Below are positions 57,901 through 64,000 of a DNA stretch of 64,000 nucleotides, piece by piece; the stretch's first letter is position 1; each line of letters begins with the position of its first letter. A program made the translations under genes and the position numbers. This DNA is from Bacteroidia bacterium (GTDB lineage Bacteria > Bacteroidota > Bacteroidia > AKYH767-A > OLB10). Under the pieces are notes generated by a model. It saw only the letters and a list, made by a program, of their open reading frames with translations, had not been told where the DNA came from and ran no database searches. The DNA lies in assembly GCA_023262505.1 (NCBI GenBank), contig JALRAP010000002.1, positions 415-64,414 of the forward strand. Reading direction: 5' to 3'.

Positions 57901-58722
57901 TCGGTCGTTCGTTTTGAAACAGGATTCACCGGACTTTTTTCTGAAGGAAACCAAAATATAATCCGTAAAATGATGGACGCTACTTCCGTACGTTTATCCA
58001 AAATCATAGATGATCAGAAGCTGCGAAAACTGAACCGAGAACTTACTCAAAACAACGCTCAGCTTCAGCAATACTCGTATATAGTTTCCCATAACTTAAG
58101 GGCCCCAATTGCCAATTTGCTTGGCTTATCCCGTTTATTCAATACGAAAAACCTTTCGGACGAACGTAATGTTAAAGTCATACGAAATATCGAGTCATCG
58201 GCCGGTAACATTGATTCAATCCTAAAGGATTTGAATAAAATACTTGCCATCAAGCGCGATCTAAACAAAGAAAAAGAAGAGGTCAACCTTGATGAAATCA
58301 TCTATCAGGTATTAAAGTCACTGGAAAGAGAATTTATAGAAGTCCGCCCAAGAATCGACTTGGACATGAAAGTCACCAAGTTGTTAACCATCAAATCTTA
58401 CATAACGAGCATTTTCACCAATCTCATCTCAAACTCAATAAAGTACCGCGATGTCGATCGTGATTGCAACATCACAATAAGAACATACATGATGAATAAC
58501 AATGTATGTGTTGAATTTGAAGACAATGGAATGGGAATTGATTTAGATAAATTTGGAGACCAGATATTCGGTCTATACAAACGTTACCATCGCCATGTTG
58601 AGGGATCAGGAATGGGTCTGCACTTGGTAAAATCTCAAATTGAAGCCATGGGCGGAACGATTTCGGTAGAGAGTGCCATAAACAAAGGAACAAAATTCAC
58701 AATAGAGCTATATAATGACTAA
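54940..58722 (+). CDS. Multi-PAS/PAC sensor histidine kinase (cytoplasmic, no TM or receiver domain)
   Basis: 1260 aa. There are six or more PAS/PAC-like modules. The HisKA H-box is SYIVSHNLRAPIANLLGLSRLF. HATPase_c has the N-box NLISNSIKY, G1 DNGMGID and G2 GSGMGLHLVKSQIEAMGGTISVES. Confidence 0.85.
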   Translation: MVRPQDSNTELTVSSLKDQAVFADLFNNGPFSYYIMDVEMKTIQMSQAAKNLTGFDSEDASVFHSNIENSGTNLHKDVLQSATITKGHFKTSYRYKKPDGSVVVLDEKGTVLTDDTHRAIGFVCVITDITLQEKLKEDFQAALAMAKFPLENPSPVFRVDKSGKLLFANKSSVDMLQAIGLSAGIITDKIFLSALSDCMSSGETREVSKKTSQDKVYRLSLVPQQSAYANVYTADITDSLKLQDELQDRLSDLTTILDSTDELVLLLNTDLSIRSSNNTYLQNISKAFAAEFSEGTSIKTLERLQFYPELEQSISASFEDGSIGKIDVSIPQGTTLEEEYFSININPIRKRGSNVISGVCLRIKDVTKEKRNLEAIQKQKLFYETILDNLPADIAIFSKDHRYLYVNPAGIRDKNLRQWIISKTDYEYCEFRNIDTRIADERSKLFQEVIASGKENEIETFHITKDGTTKHILRKFYPVYENGEFKLMIGYGVDITQIKESQSKLQKNENRYRALFESNPLPVIVIDLNGIIISTNSALLKETGHNPTEIIGQHIGLLLSEKGKNAFPDWFSSFVKDPETKYQSEIKVRNAKGALLDFEITIKKFDFGEQNSQILIVASNITERKKNATLLEESERLNRRLLQELPVSVITMVEGKLTHINNAFFEMLGFEPFEVIECPFVDFVHPDDRYLVEKYNFELFTGTDTVEYRVRMNSKSGEIRTVDIRETLFDLKSNMVTLALITDVTEKVAVENKNKEIEERTKLIIEAAWDGIVLTDSQLRIVDWNSKSAEIFQWGDRLLSGVELNQFFENNNKEHLLREGLYETSGMRSNGSIFPSEIFTARLFSGEKDLLVFYIRDITERVEVMKQLRDSERVEQILNLYNAEIYLLDNQVDVLNKMIATFHSICDLCHITVFEVDENGNAIKRINGVGEEFRLPIWNEIMLIPSQQTEIVEQAQSSCSMVIRTGVENGMEKSDLAIPLTIHNQTHSVVRFETGFTGLFSEGNQNIIRKMMDATSVRLSKIIDDQKLRKLNRELTQNNAQLQQYSYIVSHNLRAPIANLLGLSRLFNTKNLSDERNVKVIRNIESSAGNIDSILKDLNKILAIKRDLNKEKEEVNLDEIIYQVLKSLEREFIEVRPRIDLDMKVTKLLTIKSYITSIFTNLISNSIKYRDVDRDCNITIRTYMMNNNVCVEFEDNGMGIDLDKFGDQIFGLYKRYHRHVEGSGMGLHLVKSQIEAMGGTISVESAINKGTKFTIELYND

Positions 58723-59110
58723 GGAAAACAAGATCGTATTGATCGACGACGACGAGATTCACAACTTCATAACTGAAAATTTCATCTGTGATCATTATCC
58801 ACAAACGGAAGTGGTATCCTACCAAAATCCCGAAAAGGCATTGGACGAATTACACTCAGCCACGGAACACCCTGAAGCTGATTGTCCTGATGTTATTTTC
58901 TTAGATATCAATATGCCCGAGATGAACGGTTGGCAGTTTTTAGAAAAGTTCATCAGTTACAAAATAGACAAAATATGCGGGTCGAAAATCTATATTCTCT
59001 CTTCGTCATTGGACCCAGCCGATATTTCAAGATCCAAACAATTTCCAATTGTTACCAACTTCATATCAAAACCACTTACAGCGGATAAGGTAGATGCCAT
59101 ATTGAATTGA
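58715..59110 (+). CDS. Stand-alone response-regulator receiver (REC) domain protein
   Basis: 131 aa. It has the acidic pocket IVLIDDDEIH, the phospho-acceptor Asp in DVIFLDINMPEMNG, a conserved Ser (ILSSS) and a Lys (ISKP). There is no output domain. Its start overlaps the HK stop by 8 nt. Confidence 0.8.
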   Translation: MTKENKIVLIDDDEIHNFITENFICDHYPQTEVVSYQNPEKALDELHSATEHPEADCPDVIFLDINMPEMNGWQFLEKFISYKIDKICGSKIYILSSSLDPADISRSKQFPIVTNFISKPLTADKVDAILN

Positions 59111-59202
59111 ACACCAATGGCATTAAATTGAGCAATCATTTGCATTCCTATCGATTGGATTTGATAATTTAGCGTCCATTAAACTTAACGCTTACAATTG
59201 TC

Positions 59203-59403
59203 ATGAACGAGGATCTAAAAAAAGCTGTCATCAAGTCATTAGAAAAGAATTTCAAAAATGGACCATTAACAGCCAGGAATCTTGCTGGAATATATTTTGA
59301 AATCATCGAAAAGAACCAAAATCTTGATGCTGATAGGATTGCAGCAATGATCAATGAAGCTGATCTCAAGAGCGATCAAGAAGATCAGGCTAGTGACGAT
59401 TAA
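59203..59403 (+). CDS. Small acidic hypothetical protein (66 aa)
   Basis: ATG at 59203. The translation MNEDLKKAVIKSLEKNFKNGPLTARNLAGIYFEIIEKNQNLDADRIAAMINEADLKSDQEDQASDD is amphipathic with protein-like composition. The competing minus-strand ORF 59169..59369 is hydrophobic low-complexity and looks like its antisense shadow. Coding status is unproven. Confidence 0.3.
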   Translation: MNEDLKKAVIKSLEKNFKNGPLTARNLAGIYFEIIEKNQNLDADRIAAMINEADLKSDQEDQASDD

Positions 59404-60074
59404 TTTTTTGACTCCCCTTCCTTTAATCGATCAGAAAAAGCTTTTTTAAATTTTTCAAGTTTCGGTTTTATTACAAACTGACAGTAAGGCTCGTAACCGT
59501 TCAATTCATAATACTCCTGGTGGTAATCCTCAGCAGGATAAAAAGTAGATGCATCTGATATTTCCGTAACTATCAGATTTTCGAAAACCTTTCTAGAAAT
59601 CAAATCCACCTTTATTTCCGTTGCAACCTTACTCTGCTCTGGATTGTGGCAGAAAATAACCGATCGGTACTGGGTTCCCACATCATTGCCCTGGCGGTTT
59701 AATGTAGTTGGGTCGTGAGAGCCCCAAAAGGCCTCCAAAAGAACTTCAAAACTGATTTTGACAGGATCGTATACAATCTGCACGACCTCTGCATGACCTG
59801 TAGAGCCGGAGCAGACCTGCTTATATGTGGGATTGTCAACTGATCCTCCCATGTATCCGGACTTTGCGGAGATCACACCATCCAAAGACTGGAAGATAGC
59901 TTCAGTACACCAAAAACAACCACTACCAAAGGTTATTGTATCGTAATTACTTGAAAGATTCGCCATTTTTGAAAGGTTTGGTTCTCCTGCATTTTCTTTG
60001 GAAGTGTCACTGGGACTTTTACCACATGCAGGTAGAAACCCGACAATAAGCAACAGGAAGATTTTGAATTGCAT
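59400..60074 (-). CDS. msrA: Peptide-methionine (S)-S-oxide reductase MsrA with lipoprotein-type signal peptide
   Basis: 224 aa. The MsrA active site is GSGCFWCTEAIF. The N-terminus is MQFKIFLLLIVGFLPACGKS (signal peptide with Cys). Confidence 0.85.
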   Translation of the reverse strand: MQFKIFLLLIVGFLPACGKSPSDTSKENAGEPNLSKMANLSSNYDTITFGSGCFWCTEAIFQSLDGVISAKSGYMGGSVDNPTYKQVCSGSTGHAEVVQIVYDPVKISFEVLLEAFWGSHDPTTLNRQGNDVGTQYRSVIFCHNPEQSKVATEIKVDLISRKVFENLIVTEISDASTFYPAEDYHQEYYELNGYEPYCQFVIKPKLEKFKKAFSDRLKEGESKN

Positions 60075-60115
60075 CCTTCAAGAACAATCAAACTTTGGCA
60101 ATGTTTGGAACAGTC

Positions 60116-61045
60116 TTAAAATTTATAAGATAGTCCTACGCCAAGCACCTCCTTAAACTGCGTTCTAGGACCAAATGCATCTATGGAACCGTCGCCATTG
60201 GAATCGATACCGATTTTCGTGTCCTCATCATAAATCAAATGCGTAGAAAGATTGGCAGAGATGTATTCGTTGACTTTCATATTCAAGGTTATCTCCCAAT
60301 TGACATCAACTTTTGACACATCGCCCGTGTAGTCGGAATAAAGTTCTAGCTTGTTAATCAGACCGACGTTTTCAATAATGTCTTTTTTGAAAAGTATGCG
60401 CACCATTGCACCTACTTCTAGTTTTGTGGTTTTTGCGGAATCAACTCCAAATGCACCAATGGCGGCTAGACTATCATCATTCACAATGATCAAGCGACCA
60501 GCGCATGGCGAGGCAAGAATGGTCAGATTATCATTCGGACGATAGTCCATACCTAATGCAATCGTTAAATAACCTGGTGCTAAAAAATTGGAAATAGCAA
60601 CCGAGTCGTTAGGATAGTTGTAACCTTTGGAGAACTGACTTCTAAAACCAGCCAAAGCAGAATAATACCAGTTTTTAAATGCAAAACGTCCGTATTTTGT
60701 TGAAATGTCAATTTTGTCATCAGATTTTCGTGGATTTTCTTCTCCTTCTTGGCTTATCCCATAAGCCAAATCGATGAAGTTATCCCATGAGTTTTTCTGA
60801 TCCTTATAGTTGGCGGAATACTTGAAAAGCGCCAAACCGGATATTGAATTTGCCCCACCGGCAGACCAGTTACTCAAACTAACTTGAGTGAAATTCAGAC
60901 CTGCGAATCCGGATTTCTTCCATGACTTTGTACGATCAGAAGTGGTATCGCGTTTAACCGATTCCAGAGCAGAAGTTTGCGAAAAGGATGTTGCACAAAT
61001 GAATAAAAACGAAGCTGAAAAAAGGTATTTAAATGTATTGAACAT
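60116..61045 (-). CDS. Outer-membrane beta-barrel-like protein (DUF3078-like)
   Basis: 309 aa. Signal peptide MFNTFKYLFSASFLFICATSFSQ. The sequence has alternating amphipathic beta-strand character. The C-terminal aromatic residue (..VGLSYKF) is typical of OM beta-barrels. Confidence 0.5.
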   Translation of the reverse strand: MFNTFKYLFSASFLFICATSFSQTSALESVKRDTTSDRTKSWKKSGFAGLNFTQVSLSNWSAGGANSISGLALFKYSANYKDQKNSWDNFIDLAYGISQEGEENPRKSDDKIDISTKYGRFAFKNWYYSALAGFRSQFSKGYNYPNDSVAISNFLAPGYLTIALGMDYRPNDNLTILASPCAGRLIIVNDDSLAAIGAFGVDSAKTTKLEVGAMVRILFKKDIIENVGLINKLELYSDYTGDVSKVDVNWEITLNMKVNEYISANLSTHLIYDEDTKIGIDSNGDGSIDAFGPRTQFKEVLGVGLSYKF

Positions 61046-61070
61046 GTTAATTATGATTTATTTTTAGATT

Positions 61071-61475
61071 TCACTTTGCTGATTTGAGCAAGTCTCTGAT
61101 TTCGGTTAGCAGCTTCTCCTCGTTGGATATTACAGGTTGCTGTGCGGGGGCGGCTTTCTCTTCTTGCTTCAATTTGTTTATAGCTTTAACAACAACAAAC
61201 ACTGCAAATGATATTACCAAAAGATCAATAAATGCAGTAACAAACTGACCATAATGAATTGCGACTTCTGTGGTGGATTCGGATGCCGTTTGCAGAACTA
61301 GCTTTTTATCGCTGAAATCCACGCCGCCTGTCAACATCCCAACAGCGGGCATTACCATTCCATCGACAAATGCGGTTACAATTTTCCCGAATGCACCACC
61401 CATTACAAATGCAACAGCCAGGTCAACCAAATTGCCACGCATGGCAAACTCCTTGAATTCTTTTAATAGTCCCAT
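61071..61475 (-). CDS. mscL: Large-conductance mechanosensitive channel
   Basis: 134 aa. The N-terminus MGLLKEFKEFAMRGNLVDLAVAFVMGGAFGKIVTAFVDGMVMP is the canonical MscL TM1. Confidence 0.85.
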   Translation of the reverse strand: MGLLKEFKEFAMRGNLVDLAVAFVMGGAFGKIVTAFVDGMVMPAVGMLTGGVDFSDKKLVLQTASESTTEVAIHYGQFVTAFIDLLVISFAVFVVVKAINKLKQEEKAAPAQQPVISNEEKLLTEIRDLLKSAK

Positions 61476-61671
61476 TTTTAAGATGAATTAAGCGACTAAA
61501 ATATAATTAATGTAGTAAAATCCAAAATCAAAGGGCCTAATAATGCCAAATTTCGTTAGCTATATAATAAAATAGCCAATCGCCTAAGATTAATAGTTTA
61601 AATGCCGAATTTTCGAGCCTTGCCATGCTCAGTATAAATATGTTAAGAGCAACCAAGCTCCAGGGAAGTCG

Positions 61672-61750
61672 TCCCTCGTAGTAGTACTGCGCACGCTACG
61701 TGGTCAATTGTCCCACGAAGTAGAACTTCGCACACTAAGTGGTTCAATCG
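61672..61750. repeat. Tandem imperfect direct repeat (2 x about 40 nt), each copy with two short hairpins
   Basis: Copy 1 is 61672..61710, TCCCTCGTAGTAGTACTGCGCACGCTACGTGGTCAATTG. Copy 2 is 61711..61750, TCCCACGAAGTAGAACTTCGCACACTAAGTGGTTCAATCG. Identity is about 80%, with stem-preserving substitutions (CGTAG/CTGCG versus CGAAG/CTTCG). Downstream follow tcacttatcacttgtcacttgt mini-repeats. Confidence 0.5.
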
Positions 61751-61785
61751 TCACTTATCACTTGTCACTTGTAAATCGTCAAATG

Positions 61786-63552
61786 TTACTTGTCTTGATG
61801 GCTGAATTGCACCTCATAAAGCCTGTGGTAGAAGCCTTTTTTAGCTAGCAATTGTTGATGGCTGCCATTCTCTACCAAATGACCCTTATCCAAAACCAAA
61901 ATACAATCGGCATGGCGGATGGTAGCCAAGCGGTGAGCTATTACAATGGAGGTTCGTCCTTTGGTGAGTTCTTCGGTCGCATTGATGATAAGATGTTCGC
62001 TCTCCGAGTCGATTGATGAGGTAGCCTCATCCAATACCAGGATGGCTGGGTCATGAACCCAAGCCCGTAAAAAGGATATTAACTGCCGTTGACCCATTGA
62101 CAACAAGGTGCCTCGCTCCCCTACTCTGTATTCAAGTCCTCCAGGAAGATTTTGAATTAATCTGTCTAATCCGATCCGCTTAGCTCCCTCCCATATTTTT
62201 TCCTGTTCGATGGATTCATCGCCCATGGTAACGTTGGTTCTGACAGTATCGGAGAACAAAAAAACATCCTGCAGAACAACCGCTATGGATGCTCGTAACT
62301 CTTCTAGTCCGTAATCCCTGATGTCTACTCCGTCTATCAAAATAGATCCCTTCTGAATCTCGTAGAACCTGTTGATCAGACTTATGATGGTGGTTTTCCC
62401 GGACCCGGTGGCTCCCACAAGCGCCAGTCGGCTTCCTTTTTGGATGGTGAAACTGACACCTTTCAAAACCCAGTCTTCATCCTTATATGCGAACCATACG
62501 TTTTTGAACTCAACAACGCCGTCTTTAATCTTATGCAAGTTTAGTTTTTTGGTGCTGGGTTCACCTTCGACAATGTGGTTGTCCATTAATTTCAATATGC
62601 GTTCTGAGCTAACAACACCCATTTGTAAAGTATTGAACTTATCGGCCAATTCGCGAATCGGACGGAAAAGCATATTGATATACATGATAAAAGCCACCAA
62701 AGTCCCGAAAGTAAGTCGGTCTGAAATAACATCGGATGCCCCCCACCAAACCAGCAAACCGATCGAGATAGCAGATAGGATCTCAACCACCGGGAAGAAG
62801 ATACTGTAATACCATACCGATCGGACGTTTGCATCTCGATGCAGCGCATTGATATCCTTGAAACGCTCAAGCTCTTTATCCTCTCTATTGTTAATTTGGA
62901 CAACTCTGATTCCACTAAGATGCTCATTGACAAAAGTGTTTAACGCGGCAACCTGTGTCCGAACCTCAGTAAATGATTTCTTAACACTATTCTTAAAAAC
63001 ATTAGTCGCAATTGCTAGCATTGGAATGGTGCTTAGGCTAATCAATGTCAATTGCCAATCCACATAAAACATATATCCCATAATTACGGCCAACTGAAGC
63101 AAATCGCCAATGATGATAATGAGTCCGTCGGAGAAAATGTCGGCAACGGTTTCCATGTCGGAAATGGTTCGAGTGACAGGGATGCCAACAGATGTTCGAT
63201 CAAAATAAGGAACTGGAAAGCGAATCATCCGGCCCAACAATTGCACACGCATGTCACGAATCACCAATTGACCTAGCAAGTTTGATTGATAGGCATGCAA
63301 AAATTGGAAAAGCGATTGTATCAACAGAACGGCCAACATCACAACGGTCATTGTAACCAATCCATTCAAATCGCCTTGTGCTACATAGGAATCTAAGGTT
63401 AACTGGGTGAGATATGGTCTTAAGGGACTCATAGCGGCAATGGCTATGGTCAATAAGACAGTTGCCAAGAGCGTCTTCCTGTACGGCTTTACAAATCGAA
63501 ACACTCCAGAGAGCACTCCTACGTCAAACGCTCTTCCCGACACTTGGCTCAT
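61786..63552 (-). CDS. ABC transporter, fused permease/ATP-binding exporter (MsbA/lipid A-multidrug exporter type)
   Basis: 588 aa. The N-terminal domain has 6 TM helices. Walker A is GATGSGKTT, the signature is LSMGQRQLISFLRA and Walker B is ILVLDEATSSID. Confidence 0.85.
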   Translation of the reverse strand: MSQVSGRAFDVGVLSGVFRFVKPYRKTLLATVLLTIAIAAMSPLRPYLTQLTLDSYVAQGDLNGLVTMTVVMLAVLLIQSLFQFLHAYQSNLLGQLVIRDMRVQLLGRMIRFPVPYFDRTSVGIPVTRTISDMETVADIFSDGLIIIIGDLLQLAVIMGYMFYVDWQLTLISLSTIPMLAIATNVFKNSVKKSFTEVRTQVAALNTFVNEHLSGIRVVQINNREDKELERFKDINALHRDANVRSVWYYSIFFPVVEILSAISIGLLVWWGASDVISDRLTFGTLVAFIMYINMLFRPIRELADKFNTLQMGVVSSERILKLMDNHIVEGEPSTKKLNLHKIKDGVVEFKNVWFAYKDEDWVLKGVSFTIQKGSRLALVGATGSGKTTIISLINRFYEIQKGSILIDGVDIRDYGLEELRASIAVVLQDVFLFSDTVRTNVTMGDESIEQEKIWEGAKRIGLDRLIQNLPGGLEYRVGERGTLLSMGQRQLISFLRAWVHDPAILVLDEATSSIDSESEHLIINATEELTKGRTSIVIAHRLATIRHADCILVLDKGHLVENGSHQQLLAKKGFYHRLYEVQFSHQDK

Positions 63553-64000
63553 TCGGTAAATGATTTATGAGTTACAGTAAAGGGATAAACAACATCTGTA
63601 AGATACAACCCCTCGGGAGGAGCAGCCGCACCCGCTTTGGAACGATCTTTTGCTTCAATGATTTCACGCATATCATGAACACCTGGATGCTTAAAGCAGG
63701 TGCCTACAATTGCTCTGACCATGCCTCTCAAAAACCTATCAGCTGTAATCCTAAAAACCGTAAGACCTTTATCCTCGAACCATAAAGCTTCAGAAATTTG
63801 ACAATTGTTAGTTTTTACTTGGGTATGGGTTCGACTGAAAGAAGTGAAATCATGTTTTCCGATAAGCACCCGACAGGCCTCGTTCAAACCTGGCAAGTCC
63901 AAAATGTTATGCGAATAAGTGACCAGTCCATTCAAAAATGGGTCTTTGCTTTTTATGATCTTATATTCGTATGTGCGCATCAAAGCGCTGAAACGAGCAT
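63549..64000 (-). CDS. truA: tRNA pseudouridine(38-40) synthase TruA, C-terminal part (N-terminus beyond the right window edge)
   Basis: The reading frame is open to the window end. The region ...FTSFSRTHTQVKTNNCQISEALWFEDKGLTVFRITADRFLRGMVRAIVGT... matches the TruA C-terminal domain (RFLR.MVR..VG). Its stop overlaps the ABC-exporter start by 4 bp. Confidence 0.7.
   Translation of the reverse strand, partial: ARFSALMRTYEYKIIKSKDPFLNGLVTYSHNILDLPGLNEACRVLIGKHDFTSFSRTHTQVKTNNCQISEALWFEDKGLTVFRITADRFLRGMVRAIVGTCFKHPGVHDMREIIEAKDRSKAGAAAPPEGLYLTDVVYPFTVTHKSFTE

Noticed and set aside
59169-59369. 66-aa minus-strand ORF overlapping the small acidic plus-strand ORF
   Set aside because: The translation (MRSASLIIAAILSASRFWFF...) is hydrophobic low-complexity without a signal or TM logic. 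The plus-strand partner is more protein-like. Neither is proven.
1-64000. Window-wide scan for mobile elements, CRISPR arrays, toxin-antitoxin pairs and defence islands
   Set aside because: I found no transposase or integrase motifs (DDE, tyrosine/serine recombinase), no terminal inverted repeats flanking gene blocks, and no spacer-repeat arrays. I saw no compositional discontinuity. Gene content is overwhelmingly conserved core (gyrA, clpC, rho, recN, recQ, coaBC, fabI).

Overview
This 64-kb window reads as a chromosomal segment of a T9SS-bearing Bacteroidota genome (Flavobacteriia/Cytophagia-like, moderate GC), and almost all of it is protein-coding core housekeeping. I found no integrase, transposase, CRISPR array, restriction-modification, toxin-antitoxin or other defence-island signature, and no convincing undescribed multi-gene system. 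The findings that stand out are small, local ones.

Gene content, in order along the window:
- The 3' end of a polysaccharide export/biosynthesis cluster truncated by the window edge (Wzc-like, Wza-like, GT4 glycosyltransferase, AsnB-like amidotransferase), all on the minus strand.
- A secreted M1 zinc peptidase with an overlapping lpxH.
- A 1475-aa S8 subtilase carrying MAM-like and PKD domains and a T9SS C-terminal sorting domain.
- A Cho-like GIY-YIG nuclease lying convergent with ssb.
- An ABC-F ATPase (Uup/EttA class).
- A minus-strand operon of rhomboid protease, GmhB-like HAD phosphatase and a class-IV aminotransferase.
- Two further T9SS cargo proteins: a BNR propeller and an Ig-like repeat protein.
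- comEC, an MBL-fold hydrolase, an Mpl-like Mur ligase, a SAM methyltransferase, and rho with a poly-Asn N-terminal insertion.
- gyrA, clpC, fabI, recN, a DUF4835 protein, coaBC, rpoZ and bamD.
- A serine palmitoyltransferase-like oxoamine synthase, a lysine/alanine-repeat histone-H1-like protein, recQ and cdaA.
- A TMTC-like TPR membrane protein, an SDR oxidoreductase, a GNAT-like protein, tRNA-Lys(UUU) and a DinB-fold protein.
- A 1260-aa multi-PAS histidine kinase with a stand-alone receiver domain.
- A lipoprotein MsrA, mscL, an MsbA-like ABC exporter and a partial truA at the right edge.

Observations I would look at again:
- A 57-aa Cys4 zinc-ribbon ORF that the six-frame track does not list, sitting directly upstream of the ABC-F gene.
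- A tandem pair of roughly 40-nt structured repeats in the mscL/ABC-exporter intergenic region.
- A ComEC with no recognisable C-terminal MBL domain, overlapping tail-to-tail with a stand-alone MBL hydrolase.
- A DUF4293-like and a DUF4157-like (HExxH) small-gene pair next to rho.
- A predicted lipoprotein (exported) MsrA.
- A bacterial TMTC-like putative protein O-glycosyltransferase followed by a TPR lipoprotein.

All functional calls rest on motifs and domain architecture read from the translations. None was confirmed by a database search. Note that the ORF track uses TTG/GTG as M in places; I re-checked start codons against the sequence and report ATG starts where I could confirm them.
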